A stretch of 63,559 nt of DNA, filler included, from Octopus bimaculoides (taxonomy: Eukaryota), in assembly GCF_001194135.2 (NCBI RefSeq). It is 8 parts of 7 records of this genome, joined end to end, with 100 filler letters (N's around TTAATTAATTAA, not from the genome) between each part and the next. Parts side by side here need not be neighbours in the genome. Positions count along the whole stretch, not along the records: positions 1 to 24,490 come from NC_068990.1; 7 more parts are not named here. The stretch is one strand, 5' to 3'. Positions 1-12,804 of the stretch are shown here, in pieces. Position 1 is the stretch's first letter. Each line of letters begins with the position of its first letter. The notes below the pieces were generated by a model that ran no database searches, was not told where the DNA came from, and saw nothing but the letters and a program-made list of their open reading frames with translations. A program made the translations under genes and the position numbers.

Positions 1-33
<33 letters not shown>

Positions 34-48
34 GTGTGTGTGTGTGTG
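1..48. repeat. (TG)n microsatellite
   Basis: Near-pure TG array at the window start. Confidence 0.95.
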
Positions 49-1743
49 TAAAGATATTATTATTAGCATTGATAATAAATAAGAACAACGTATAAGTGGC
101 CAGCAAGCATAACGTTGGTACTTTGTGTGCCCTCAACTATAATTGATACACACACACAAACACACACATATATATTATATGTACATATAATATACTATAT
201 GTACATATAATTTTGTTTTATTTATATATATTATATTAGTCTGTGAGTTCTGCATGTTATTTCGCTTTTTTTTATTCACTTTATTAAATTCATTTTATCT
301 CGAACCTTCATCAATCATATAAAACGAAGTAAAATCCCATCTTATATTCTTGTGACAATACAAAAAATATTACAAAATAATATGAAGAGAAATGGCATCC
401 GCCGCTCTTGCAGACTTTGGAGAGCGAACGTCTATGATGCTGTTTAAAAAACACTATCCCCCGTATGTCTTCCACCACAAGATTAATGGTTATCGTTACA
501 ATTATTAATAATATTATTGCTCTTTGTATCATCACCTCAACATGAGAACCCAAAACACCACCATGACCACCACTACTATCACCATCTTCATCATAAGAGG
601 CAGCAGCAGCAGCAGTAAGAGCAGCACTTGATGCCAGTATCCACAGCAGCTCCAGGTCCAGCAACATTAAACACTTTTAGGTGCTAAAATATTAAGGTTT
701 TTTAATGATGAACAAAATATATTGCTTTCTCTCCTTCTCGCTCTTTTTCTCGTTCTCTCACATTTTTGTTTTGTCTCTTTTCCCCTCTCCCCCTCTTTCC
801 CTGTGGTTCTTCCTCTACTCTCTCATCCCTCGTCCTTAACTTTATTTTCTCTCTCCCTCCCTCTCTCTCTCTCTCTCTTTCTCTTTCTCTCTCTCTCACA
901 CACACACGCTGTTTACTTTCCCTTTCACTCACACTCTTCTGTCTCGTCCTGCACTTGCTTTCAAGCATACCCATTTACAGACACACACACACACACACAC
1001 ATAAGCATTCGCATACACGTACTCACACACTGACACACACACACACGCATGCACGTATATACGCACGCACGTATATACGCACGCATATACGTACGCATAT
1101 ACGTACGCATATACGCACGCATATATGCACGCACGCGGGCATATCACCATACAGTCACGTACAGCGCCGAGGCTAACAAAAATCTTTCGTGAAAACAGTG
1201 AGCTAGACACAGGACAAAGAAACATATGAGGTAAAAGAATGCCATTCATCTTCTCACTTTTCAAGGGATAGTAATGTCTTGCTTGATATCTTAAAGATGG
1301 CGTGTGGCTTTAGAAAGAGAGAGGTGAGAGTCGGAGCTGGTCTTGGGCAGTAAAAATCAAAGAGTAAAGAATGAAATATATTGGCAATCACTTTCTAAAT
1401 GGTAACTACATAAATTTTACTCTGACTAATGACTATTAATCCAGATAGAAAATCAGTAATTTAAATTGCTAAAATACTTTTTCTTCTTGAAGAAATGATG
1501 AAGTAAAGGGAGAGAGAGGAAAGGAGGGAAATCGAGAAAAGAGAATACAGGATATAAAAATACTAAAATGTCCGCCATTTTTTTCTGTAAAATTCTTTCA
1601 TCATAGTCGTCAGTTCTCGACACTAATAAATCATTGAGTATTTTTAGCTAGCTGTTTTTATATATGCTCTTTTTTTTTTTTAGTGGGTTGTTCAGAATAA
1701 GTTATTTCAGAATGGGATTCAGTAGTTTTTAGTTAATGTGTTT

Positions 1744-2070
1744 GGCGCGTGGCTAAGTGGTTAGGGTGATCGACTTACCATTGTAAGGTCGTGATTTCAG
1801 TTCCTGGTGACGCCTTGTTTTCTTGAGCAAGACACTTTATTTTACGTTACTCCAGTCCACTCAGGTGGCAGAAATGAGTAGCACTCGTATTTCAAGGGGC
1901 CAGCCTTGTCACATTTTCTGCCACGCTGAGTCTCCCTAAGAACTACCTTAAAGAGTGCATGTGTCTGTTGAGTGCTCAGCCACATACACGTTAATTTGAC
2001 GAGCAGGCAATTCCGTTGCTTGGATCAACTGGAACCCTCGTCGTCGTAATCGACGGAGTGCCTGGTAGTG
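1744..2070 (+). mobile_element. tRNA-headed SINE, family A
   Basis: Head GGCGCGTGGCTAAGTGGTTAGGG with A/B-box-like motifs; tail GGAACCCTCGTCGTCGTAATCGACGGAGTGCC; homologous reverse copies at 37605-37915 and 55208-55500. Confidence 0.85.
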
Positions 2071-3041
2071 GGGTGGGTGAGATATATTGTAGAAAGCCAC
2101 AAAACTCTAGAATTCGTCGCGGATAAGTAACTCGTATAGACGTATTGGGTTACAAAACACAAACATTTATTAGCAGCAGACGAAATCCACTCAGCAGCGA
2201 AATCATGGTTTAAGTGTCTCTGTACACCATCAGTAGCATCTATACCCAATCAACCGCATGCTTCAGTAAATTTCGTTTCTACTGATATAGAAAACCAGTG
2301 ATTAATAAATGATTGGGGTCGCAAACAGCTGGCGGCTTGGATAGTAAAAATTCTTTGTTATGGATCGTAGCAGAATTAGTAGAGAGTAGCGTTCTATATG
2401 TTCTATTGACGTAGATGTAGCTTTGAAAGCCTCAGCACTGCAGTATTCGCCCTGGGAAAGTATCTCGAATAGATGCACAGTGCTAAAAATGCACAGAAGT
2501 ATATCAGCAGCAGAAAACAGGCATGTAGTATCTATGTTGAACTTGCTAAGACCGGATTTCTGGACTTTTGCATGTTCGCGGTAGCAAGTATCCCCTATCA
2601 ACTGCATGCTTAGAAAAAATTTGCTTCTTTTGATATAGAACAATGGTGATTGATAAATAACTGATGTCGCAAATAGCTGACGGATGGGATAAAAAGTCGT
2701 CATTAGCGACAGCAGTAGGGGCGATTCAGTGAGCATACTCTATATCTTAACTTGGATATGCCAGCAAAAGCTACAGCGAAAGCGGCATTCATAAAGAAGT
2801 CATAACTTTTTTCTTTCATTTATTTGAATAATGATCTCTCATAGTATCTCAGAGTTTGAATATCTGCAGTGTTTAGTTCGATATAGGGCAAATAGTGATC
2901 ATATCACCTCCGTACATATGAAGCAACACTGGCGATGTAGCCTATACCTGCGCTACAATCGGACGTCACAAATAATTTACACAAATTGTGTTAATCGAGT
3001 TAAAAGTACGACAACATAGTAATAACGAGAACAGCTGGCAT

Positions 3042-3057
3042 CACTTCCGGGCACGTG
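3042..3057. promoter_or_regulatory. Adjacent ETS (CACTTCCGGG) and E-box (CACGTG) motifs; possible promoter
   Basis: Motifs read directly in a locally CpG-richer patch; function inferred only. Confidence 0.25.
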
Positions 3058-3654
3058 GCATATCGGTGCATCATTTAGCGAGAGGTTCTTGTCGTGCTAT
3101 ATTCTGTCACATGATTGTAATGTTTTAAATTGTAATGTTTTACATTTTCAATGTTTTTATCTTTTTTTTTCAATTTTAAGTTTGTTTCCAAAGGTATTTT
3201 TTAAAATCTGAAACCGTGTGTTGGAAACCAATATTTTCATATCGAAGAAGAGTCAAAAAGAATTTTATGCATATTGCGAAAGCTACAGACCGGTAAAATG
3301 AAAATTATTTTGGGAACGTAAGCAAACATGAACTGCTTTGAGAAAAAGAAAATTAAGAGAAATATTGGTAAACAACAACCAGTAAGTATGTTCTTAGGTT
3401 TTATTAATATTTTTTAGTTTTGCCAATTACAAAATTTACTTGGCTATATACGTGATTATAAAAGTAGATGCCTTGTTTGTAATTCCTTTATAATTTTCTG
3501 CATTTTTCAGTTGGTATAATGACAGTGGTGACTAAAGGAAGTTGTACAAAAAATTGGAGAAAAATGCTCTCATCATTGTACTGGATGTTATGGATGGGAG
3601 AAAGAAGTGCACATAAGGCTGCCCTGGGAAACCCTAACATTACACCTTGACAGC

Positions 3655-3820
3655 CGATGTTGGTTTGTTTAGGTCCCCGTAACTTAGCGTTTCGGTTTCA
3701 GTGACCGATAGAATAAGTACTTGGCTTACAAAGAATAAGTCCCGGGGTCGATTTCTTCGACGAAAACCCTTTAAAACGATGCTGTAGTATGGCCGTAGTC
3801 AAATGACTGAAGCAGATAAA
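3655..3820 (+). mobile_element. SINE family B, 3' part
   Basis: GTCCCCGTAACTTAGCG...AGAATAAGTAC...GGGGTCGATT...ATGGCCGTAGTCAAATGACTGAA matches the 3' part of the B copies at 38850 and 52505. Confidence 0.75.
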
Positions 3821-3861
3821 GAATATATATATGCATACATACATATACACACATACATACA

Positions 3862-3897
<36 letters not shown>

Positions 3898-3900
3898 TAC

Positions 3901-3944
<44 letters not shown>

Positions 3945-4179
3945 ANNNNNNNNNNNNNNNNNNNNNNNNNNNNNNNNNNNNNNNNNNNNNNNNNNNNNNN
4001 NNNNNNNNNNNNNNNNNNNNNNNNNNNNNNNNNNNNNNNNNNNNNNNNNNNNNNNNNNNNNNNNNNNNNNNNNNNNNNNNNNNNNNNNNNNNNNNNNNNN
4101 NNNNNNNNNNNNNNNNNNNNNNNNNNNNNNNNNNNNNNNNNNNNNNNNNNNNNNNNNNNNNNNNNNNNNNNNNNNNNNN

Positions 4180-4243
<64 letters not shown>

Positions 4244-4627
4244 TGTGTCTGTCTGTCTGCTTGTCTACTTTTCTGTTCATTTGCATCTTTATCTATCTTC
4301 GAAATGACACCTTATCTAAGTGATTCAGCATTAAAACTTGTGCCAAAAACAAAATATCTATTTTTTGTTATACCACTTTAAAATAAATTTGATATTGCAT
4401 TATTTTCTGATATTCTTGTCCTCTGATCGTTACGACGACTGGTTGCCCAAGCACCGCACACAAACACGTAGACACATAAACACACAGACACACTAACGCA
4501 ATATTTACGCTAACTCATATATGTTTGTCGGTATGTGTGCGCACACGGATGAGCGTACATAATTTTGCCGTTTTCAGCCATTTAAGTCCTGCTGTGCTGT
4601 CAGGATTAACATTCTAAGGGTTTAAAC

Positions 4628-4875
4628 CAGTAGTTCTCAACCAGGGTTTATATAATCTTTGAGGCTTCATATAAGATTTTGTTGTTAAAATTTATCTCCA
4701 ATAAATCAGTTGTATATTTAGAATACACAAAAAATTTCAATAACTATTTTTACAATTCCCAATTATAATTGTCAAAATATTAAAGGATTTTTTTTATATT
4801 GAAAGCTATGTGGGTCTACCCAAGTAAAATACAAATCAAATGGGTTCATAGGTAAAAAGTGGTTGAGGAATACTG
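4628..4875. mobile_element. hAT (Charlie-like) MITE
   Basis: 15-bp TIRs CAGTAGTTCTCAACC / GGTTGAGGAATACTG (2 mismatches); exact 8-bp TSD GTTTAAAC at 4620-4627 and 4876-4883; 248 bp. Confidence 0.9.
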
Positions 4876-4889
4876 GTTTAAACCTCATG

Positions 4890-5720
4890 CGTTCGGGGAA
4901 ATATTACATAAAACCTTTCAAACTAGAACCATAAAGTTTTTCTTACACATTTACAACGCCTTAACTGCAATAAAATTGTAGATGATTCATAAACTTTTAG
5001 GGAAATGTATTACCAGATATGTATAAATTAAGTACCAGAAGGCTTTTGACAAAATGTTCCCCTTACGTAGATACTGGAAAATATTAGGCATAAATAAGGT
5101 ATCACCAACAATAGATACTTAACATTTTGTAAGTTACTTATAATTATGCAGATACAGACAAAGGAGAGAATTATTAAAATTAGCACTATCTGTATTGGAA
5201 GACGAATATTGCAAAGCGGCTCCCACTCTACACTTCATTTTCGCTTAATGCTAACACTTTAGCTAACATATTAATCCAGGTTTGCTTCCGATACAAAAGG
5301 CTATAGAACAACAGTGAAGCACCTATTGTATATGGATGATTTCAAGATCTACTTTACAGATGATAAATTAGAAAATCTACTGCAGATTTACTAGAGGCAG
5401 TGATATAAAATTAGGATTCGAAGATTATATTACGGTGAACTTAAAAGGTGGTAAAATAATTAAGAATATAGCTCATGCAAGATAAAAATATGTAAACAGA
5501 ATTTTACGATAAAGAGGTTTACAAATGCTTAAGAATCAATGAACAAAACTAATTACAACACACAGGGAAGAAAAGTTTAGCAAAGAATATTATAGTTGCA
5601 TTTGATTAATTCTTATAACAACACTGTCGAATGGTAAAACTGGCAGCTTTCGCCTTTTTCTATCTGATACGTTTTTAACCCAATATTTGCATGATGTTTG
5701 TTATAGCGTTATGCACTACG
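4890..5720 (+). mobile_element. Decayed RLE-type non-LTR retrotransposon RT fragment
   Basis: KHLLYMDDFKIY at about 5318-5353 and a KAFD-like motif upstream; many stops and frameshifts; similar to the element at 25475-29400. Confidence 0.7.
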
Positions 5721-5919
5721 AGTTCAACAGTTAAAAACGATTTACTTTACGTCCCGTGGAATTTCTAAATTCTAAAGACGTAACTAAAATTAATGAAATT
5801 GATATCCATACTGTAGCGGCAGCAGTAATAAATTTTAATTATAATATTCGCCTTTGGACGTCAAATTAATTAGCATGACTAACAAGAAAGAAATAACAAC
5901 AACGATAAAAATAATAATG

Positions 5920-6315
5920 GCTTCAAATTTTACCACAAGGGTAACAATTTGGCGAGAGGGGATGAGTCGATTACATCTGCTCCAGTACTTACTTCACTGG
6001 TACTTAATTTATCGACTCTGAAAAAATGAAGACAGACGAAATGCCGCTAAGCATTTTGACCGACTTGCTAACGATTCTGCCAGCTCACTGCCTTAATAAG
6101 AATGATGATAATAATAATTATTTCAAATTATTGGGACAAGGACAGCTTGGGGGAGATGTGGGTGAGTCGATTACATGGACCCCAGTGTTCAACTGGTACT
6201 TATTTTATCGACCCCGAAAGGATGAAAGGCAAAGTCGACCTAGGCGAAATTTCAAGTCAGACCGTAAAGATGGACGAAATGCCGCTAAGCATTTTGACCG
6301 GCGAGCTAACGATTC
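5920..6315 (-). mobile_element. Two tandem SINE family C copies
   Basis: Repeated GACGAAATGCCGCTAAGCATTTTGACCG, TTTATCGAC and AAAGTCGACC blocks. Confidence 0.8.
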
Positions 6316-6349
6316 TTAATAATAGTAATAATAATAATAATATCTACAT

Positions 6350-6820
6350 TGATACTATTGTCTTGGTATAAAAGACAGGCTACAGCAAATATTCTGCTCA
6401 ATACCTTACACTTGCTTGTCAGTTGTTTGGTCTTAATAAGTTGAGCATATCCCTTAGTGGCTGACGATATGTGCATCTCTGATCATGAGCAGAAGTAGTG
6501 GAGAGCATCATAGCCATGTGTTGAGAGGAATTTTGGGAGATTTGGTTAATTCACCTCTGGAAACAAGGGTGTTTCGTTCAACATCCTTAAACGACCCATA
6601 TTCAGGTCTACTCGACCTGATGAAAATTCTAACTGGGATCCATTTGTAAGGCCATGCGCTATTTAACTTGATATGAGATCACCATGTCACGCACATATGT
6701 TTGTGATGCATATGCCTAGTGTAGCCTTATCAGAAGGGTAGTTATGATGGGCATACTGGGCTACGTATATTTTGCCCAGTGTCATTTTGATGGCATGCAC
6801 TGCTCTCTCACTCAATAATA
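6350..6820 (+). repeat. Dispersed repeat D (unclassified, AAT-tailed)
   Basis: Ends GATGGCATGCACTGCTCTCTCACTCAATAATAA; homologous segments at 8600-8945, 31395-31502 and 31885-32140. Confidence 0.75.
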
Positions 6821-6829
6821 AAGAAAACC

Positions 6830-7255
6830 CTTTCTACCAAAGGCACAACACCTAAAATTTGGGGAAGGAGACTAGTCGATTTCATTGACTCCAATGTTTC
6901 ACTAGTACTAAGTTTATCGACGTCGGAACAGTAAAAATCAAAGTGGTCCTCGGCGGAATTTGAAATCAGAACATATCGACGGTCGAAATACCGGTAAGGA
7001 TTTCATCCAACATGCTAACAATACTGCCAGCTCGCCACCATAATGACAATAATAATAATCCTTTCTACTATAGTCACAAGACCTGAAATTTTGGGGGAGG
7101 AGCCAGTTGATTAGATTGACTGCAGCATGCAAAATTTATCAACCCCGAAAGGATAAAAAGTAAAGTCGACTTCGGTGCAATTTGAACTCAAAACATAAAA
7201 ACAGATGAAAAGTGGTAAACATTTTCACCGGAGTGCTAACGATTCTGCCAACTCG
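6830..7255 (-). mobile_element. Two further SINE family C copies
   Basis: CTCGGCGGAATTTGAAATCAGAAC and AAAGTCGACTTCGG...ATTTGAACTCA blocks. Confidence 0.75.
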
Positions 7256-7258
7256 CTG

Positions 7259-7260
<2 letters not shown>

Positions 7261-7324
<64 letters not shown>

Positions 7325-7326
7325 TA

Positions 7327-7411
<85 letters not shown>

Positions 7412-7413
7412 TA

Positions 7414-7492
<79 letters not shown>

Positions 7493-7494
7493 TA

Positions 7495-7525
<31 letters not shown>
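7261..7525. repeat. (AAT)n array with periodic interruptions
   Basis: AAT array with GAT-AAT-AGT three times and ACT twice. Confidence 0.95.
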
Positions 7526-8300
7526 AATACCGCGTTAGTCGGAATATTATTATCCAAATAAGTTCCAGTTAGTAATNNNNNNNNNNNNNNNNNNNNNNNN
7601 NNNNNNNNNNNNNNNNNNNNNNNNNNNNNNNNNNNNNNNNNNNNNNNNNNNNNNNNNNNNNNNNNNNNNNNNNNNNNNNNNNNNNNNNNNNNNNNNNNNN
7701 NNNNNNNNNNNNNNNNNNNNNNNNNNNNNNNNNNNNNNNNNNNNNNNNNNNNNNNNNNNNNNNNNNNNNNNNNNNNNNNNNNNNNNNNNNNNNNNNNNNN
7801 NNNNNNNNNNNNNNNNNNNNNNNNNNNNNNNNNNNNNNNNNNNNNNNNNNNNNNNNNNNNNNNNNNNNNNNNNNNNNNNNNNNNNNNNNNNNNNNNNNNN
7901 NNNNNNNNNNNNNNNNNNNNNNNNNNNNNNNNNNNNNNNNNNNNNNNNNNNNNNNNNNNNNNNNNNNNNATATATATATAATTAGTTTTTAGGCGTAAAA
8001 AGAAGTTAATTTTCACAGGTCTTTTCCATCACAATATCCAATTGAATGAACAGAATAATTGACCTGGAGTCTTTGGAGAAAACTTCCAATTGACACTTAA
8101 TAGAAAATAAGTTTCTAGTGAAATTGAAAGACACTCCTCCACGCCCACTTACCCGCTCTCAATCTCAAAAAACAAGAAAGAGTACAGATATATAAATATA
8201 TATATGTATATCAAATTGGAAACGCAATGAGGCACTTGGCGTTTTCCCTATATAATTCTCTATGATGTGGTAACAGAATAAGCTGTGCTTTTAAGGTCTG

Positions 8301-8344
<44 letters not shown>

Positions 8345-8345
8345 G

Positions 8346-8439
<94 letters not shown>

Positions 8440-8455
8440 TTGTTGTTGCTGTTGT
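8301..8455. repeat. Compound (ATT)n/(GTT)n microsatellite
   Basis: Direct reading. Confidence 0.95.
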
Positions 8456-8599
8456 TATTTTTTTCTTCAAATTTTTTTCCATTTCTCGCCGAGTGTTTTC
8501 CGTACACCTAGGGCAGAGAAGCTCATTGTACGCATTCCCAGATTACACACGTCAATTCACAGGTAAAATATGTATTTAAATAAATAAATTCATGATAAA

Positions 8600-8945
8600 T
8601 TGCGGTTTTAAATATTCTGCTCAATACTCTACATTTGCTTGTCAGTTGTTTGGTCTTAATAAGTTGAGCATATCCCTTAGGTGCTGACGATATGTGCATC
8701 ATGAGCAGAATTAGTGGGGAGCATCTAGGGGCTGACGATATGTGCATCTCTGATCATGAGCAGAAGTAGTGGGGGGAGCACCATAGCCATGTGTTGAGAA
8801 GAATTTTGGGTGGTTTGAATAATTCACCTCTGGAAACATGGGTGTTTCGTTCAACATCCTTAAACGACCCATATTCAGGGTCGTTCTAAGCAGGATGGGC
8901 TACTCGACCTGACAAAAATTCTAACTGGGGTTCAATTGCAAGGAT
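8600..8945 (+). repeat. Dispersed repeat D copy with short internal duplication
   Basis: Matches 6390-6650; GCTGACGATATGTGCATC occurs twice. Confidence 0.75.
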
Positions 8946-9400
8946 CCCAGTCAGATTTTAAACCACTGTTAATCATCCACAGCCAACTTTTCTCTCTGTT
9001 TGCCTTATTTTCAACATCCCTATGAATTTTTCCAGGCATTCTTTTCGTTACCCATCTATTTTCAGTTTCCTTCGTTTTCAATTGCTTGTACATTGCTTTA
9101 TCTTTGCAATTTTTCATCCTACACAAGCCTGATCTTCTAACTTCTAATGATAGCGATTCTTTGGAATTTTTTACGTATCATTCTATCTTGTTTTCTTCTG
9201 ATCTAATGAATCCAATAAGTCCTCTTACCCCTCTTTTTCTTGGTACATACAGTCTGTTCGATTACGTGGTTTGTTTTTTGTTATGCATAAGATCAGCTTC
9301 TCGATCCATTACTCTATGATGGTGTACAACATATTTCTCGTTTCGTATTTCCGGTTGTATTGTTTTTTATCCACAGATGTTTTATGTAAGGAAGTTTATT
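8945..9400 (-). mobile_element. RLE-type LINE fragment (post-RT region)
   Basis: Minus-strand RLYVPRKRGVRGLIG and MPGKIHRDVENKANREKSWLWMINSGLK motifs. Confidence 0.75.
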
Positions 9401-10447
9401 TTGTATACATTCTATAACGTAAACATTCCCGACGCAGATACCAAGACACAAACAAGAGATCATCCTCACGCCAGCGAATATAAACGTACCACAAAACCGA
9501 ATTGCAATTTTCTCTCCTGAAGATCACGCTATTGTGAAACTCGAGTCGCGAAACAAACATTCAGCTTCAATAAAATATATACTCTGCTACATGTATGGCA
9601 CATTCTTTTCTCATTTGCTTGACAATATGCAACGTTTGATTATATATACATACATTCATACATATATATTTATTCATTCATACACATATATGCATATATA
9701 TATATATATATATATATANNNNNNNNNNNNNNNNNNNNNNNNNNNNNNNNNNNNNNNNNNNNNNNNNNNNNNNNNNNNNNNNNNNNNNNNNNNNNNNNNN
9801 NNNNNNNNNNNNNNNNNNNNNNNNNNNNNNNNNNNNNNNNNNNNNNNNNNNNNNNNNNNNNNNNNNNNNNNNNNNNNNNNNNNNNNNNNNNNNNNNNNNN
9901 NNNNNNNNNNNNNNNNNNNNNNNNNNNNNNNNNNNNNNNNNNNNNNNNNNNNNNNNNNNNNNNNNNNNNNNNNNNNNNNNNNNNNNNNNNNNNNNNNNNN
10001 NNNNNNNNNNNNNNNNNNNNNNNNNNNNNNNNNNNNNNNNNNNNNNNNNNNNNNNNNNNNNNNNNNNNNNNNNNNNNNNNNNNNNNNNNNNNNNNNNNNN
10101 NNNNNNNNNNNNNNNNNNNNNNNNNNNNNNNNNNNNNNNNNNNNNNNNNNNNNNNNNNNNNNNNNNNNNNNNNNNNNNNNNNNNNNNNNNNNNNNNNNNN
10201 NNNNNNNNNNNNNNNNNNNNNNNNNNNNNNNNNNNNNNNNNNNNNNNNNNNNNNNNNNNNNNNNNNNNNNNNNNNNNNNNNNNNNNNNNNNNNNNNNNNN
10301 NNNNNNNNNNNNNNNNNNNNNNNNNNNNNNNNNNNNNNNNNNNNNNNNNNNNNNNNNNNNNNNNNNNNNNNNNNNNNNNNNNNNNNNNNNNNNNNNNNNN
10401 NNNNNNNNNNNNNNNNNNNNNNNNNNNNNNNNNNNNNNNNNNNNNNN

Positions 10448-10517
<70 letters not shown>

Positions 10518-10989
10518 TAGGGGGAGAGAGGGTGATATTGATAACGTAGATAAGTAGATAGACGTGGATGTAGATATGATCTCTAAGCTGTCTCTACAAA
10601 ATTGATTTCATTTAATATACTTCCTTATCAGTAAACCTTTCTCTAGATTCAGCTTGCTATGTAACAATACCTAATACTTTAGCTTGCATTCGTCGACATC
10701 GTAGTTTCTTCTAATGCCGTTGTCGCTGTCGTCGTCATCGTCGTCGTTGTTGCTGTTGAAGCAGGTGTTCTTAAATCTCAGGTCATTACTGATCAAGTAG
10801 ATCTATCATGAAACATGTTTTAGATGTGACCACAACGGCTTTGAAAACGTCATTTATCGAACACTCGATCCTCTAGTGGTTAAGTTGCTGTTAACATATT
10901 TAATGTAGATAGTATTAAAAATCTAATTAGGAATATTTATGTACTGATGGGGAAAAAATCTCTCAAGATATTAATTAGGTTAATTATAG

Positions 10990-11400
10990 GCTTTTACTTG
11001 TTTCAGTCACTAGACGGCGGCCATGCTGGGGCACCGTCTCAAAATGTACTGTCAAGCAAATAGGTCGCAGCACGTATACGCTTTTCTTTTTTGTTTTCTT
11101 TTAAAACTAGTAATTATTCTATCGCTCTGTTTTGCCGAAATGCTGATTCACAGGGACGTAAATAAACCAAAACCAGTTGCCAAGTACTGGCAGAGGACAA
11201 ACTAATAAACAAAGACTGACACACACATAGATACACACACACACACATATATATGTATATTCGACTAGGTTCTTTTAGTTTCCGTACTAATTGCAATCAT
11301 AGGGCTATAGTAGAAAACATTTACAAGAAGCGTCTTGCAGTGGGACTGAACACGGTACCATGAGGGCTGGTGAAGAAATTTCTTACCACAGAACCATGCA
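10990..11400 (-). mobile_element. SINE family B, degenerate
   Basis: CTTTTACTTGTTTCAGTCA...GGCCATGCTGGGGCACCG through GCAGTGGGACTGAAC...CTTACCACAGAACC. Confidence 0.7.
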
Positions 11401-12804
11401 TACACACACAGAGACAAATATATATATATATANNNNNNNNNNNNNNNNNNNNNNNNNNNNNNNNNNNNNNNNNNNNNNNNNNNNNNNNNNNNNNNNNNNN
11501 NNNNNNNNNNNNNNNNNNNNNNNNNNNNNNNNNNNNNNNNNNNNNNNNNNNNNNNNNNNNNNNNNNNNNNNNNNNNNNNNNNNNNNNNNNNNNNNNNNNN
11601 NNNNNNNNNNNNNNNNNNNNNNNNNNNNNNNNNNNNNNNNNNNNNNNNNNNNNNNNNNNNNNNNNNNNNNNNNNNNNNNNNNNNNNNNNNNNNNNNNNNN
11701 NNNNNNNNNNNNNNNNNNNNNNNNNNNNNNNNNNNNNNNNNNNNNNNNNNNNNNNNNNNNNNNNNNNNNNNNNNNNNNNNNNNNNNNNNNNNNNNNNNNN
11801 NNNNNNNNNNNNNNNNNNNNNNNNNNNNNNNNNNNNNNNNNNNNNNNNNNNNNNNNNNNNNNNNNNNNNNNNNNNNNNNNNNNNNNNNNNNNNNNNNNNN
11901 NNNNNNNNNNNNNNNNNNNNNNNNNNNNNNNNNNNNNNNNNNNNNNNNNNNNNNNNNNNNNNNNNNNNNNNNNNNNNNNNNNNNNNNNNNNNNNNNNNNN
12001 NNNNNNNNNNNNNNNNNNNNNNNNNNNNNNNNNNNNNNNNNNNNNNNNNNNNNNNNNNNNNNNNNNNNNNNNNNNNNNNNNNNNNNNNNNNNNNNNNNNN
12101 NNNNNNNNNNNNNNNNNNNNNNNNNNNNNNNNNNNNNNNNNNNNNNNNNNNNNNNNNNNTACATACATACATATATATAAATATATATACATACATACAT
12201 ATATATAATAATACAAATGATATATAAGCATATGTATGTATACATACATATATGTACATACCTACATCTACATGTATATATAGATGCATATCCGTTTACA
12301 GGACGTCAAAAATTGAACGGGAACAAAACAAAGCACAAAAACGGACTTTTTTACGGACAACAGAATGAACACATAGGAAAACAGACGAGCCACTTATGGA
12401 ACTTTTCCTTCATCAGCTGCCTCTATTCTAAACTAGGCGTTTCGAAGATGAGGCAGAAAGCGCTCTTAAAATAGCTCTTCCCGCGAAGTGGATTAAAATG
12501 CTAAACGGAGGGTTCCAACGTAGCAAACAAAAACCAAGACAGGAAAAGTTAAACAGTGAAAACAACATTAAAGGCCGTTGATTTAGGGAAAGTTAGTTGC
12601 GATTTCGTGTCTCTCGTAATGAATGCGCACAAGCCGTTTCGCTATGTGGCAAAAACACAGAAATTCGGTTCATAAGGCCATCTGCTACATAGAGTATAGT
12701 TGATGTGCATCTCATTACTACAACTGAGGTGAATGGGATGAAAGACAAAATCAACTGCGGCGGAATTCGGTGCCTTTACAGATATTAATAATATTAATAT
12801 TAAT

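Noticed and set aside
1294-1581. Two opposed YY1-like motifs (AAGATGGCG, CCGCCATTTT)
   Set aside because: Short motifs expected by chance; no linked gene identified.
1744-1815. tRNA-like sequences at SINE heads
   Set aside because: Continue into SINE bodies and lack a complete cloverleaf; not tRNA genes. No CRISPR array, rRNA or recognisable conserved miRNA was seen in the window.
9515-9560. CTGAAGA...GAAAC followed by AATAAA
   Set aside because: No consistent stems I and III; at most a very decayed Penelope end.
9534-12289. Long ORFs of 280-328 aa in the ORF track
   Set aside because: Mostly X from N-runs plus microsatellite translations; the same applies to all gap-spanning ORFs.
12290-12480. 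GAAAC...CTGATGA on the minus strand (related motifs at 36825-36875 and 42460-42495)
   Set aside because: Order would require a type II hammerhead, but stems I-III cannot be paired; kept only as dispersed repeats.
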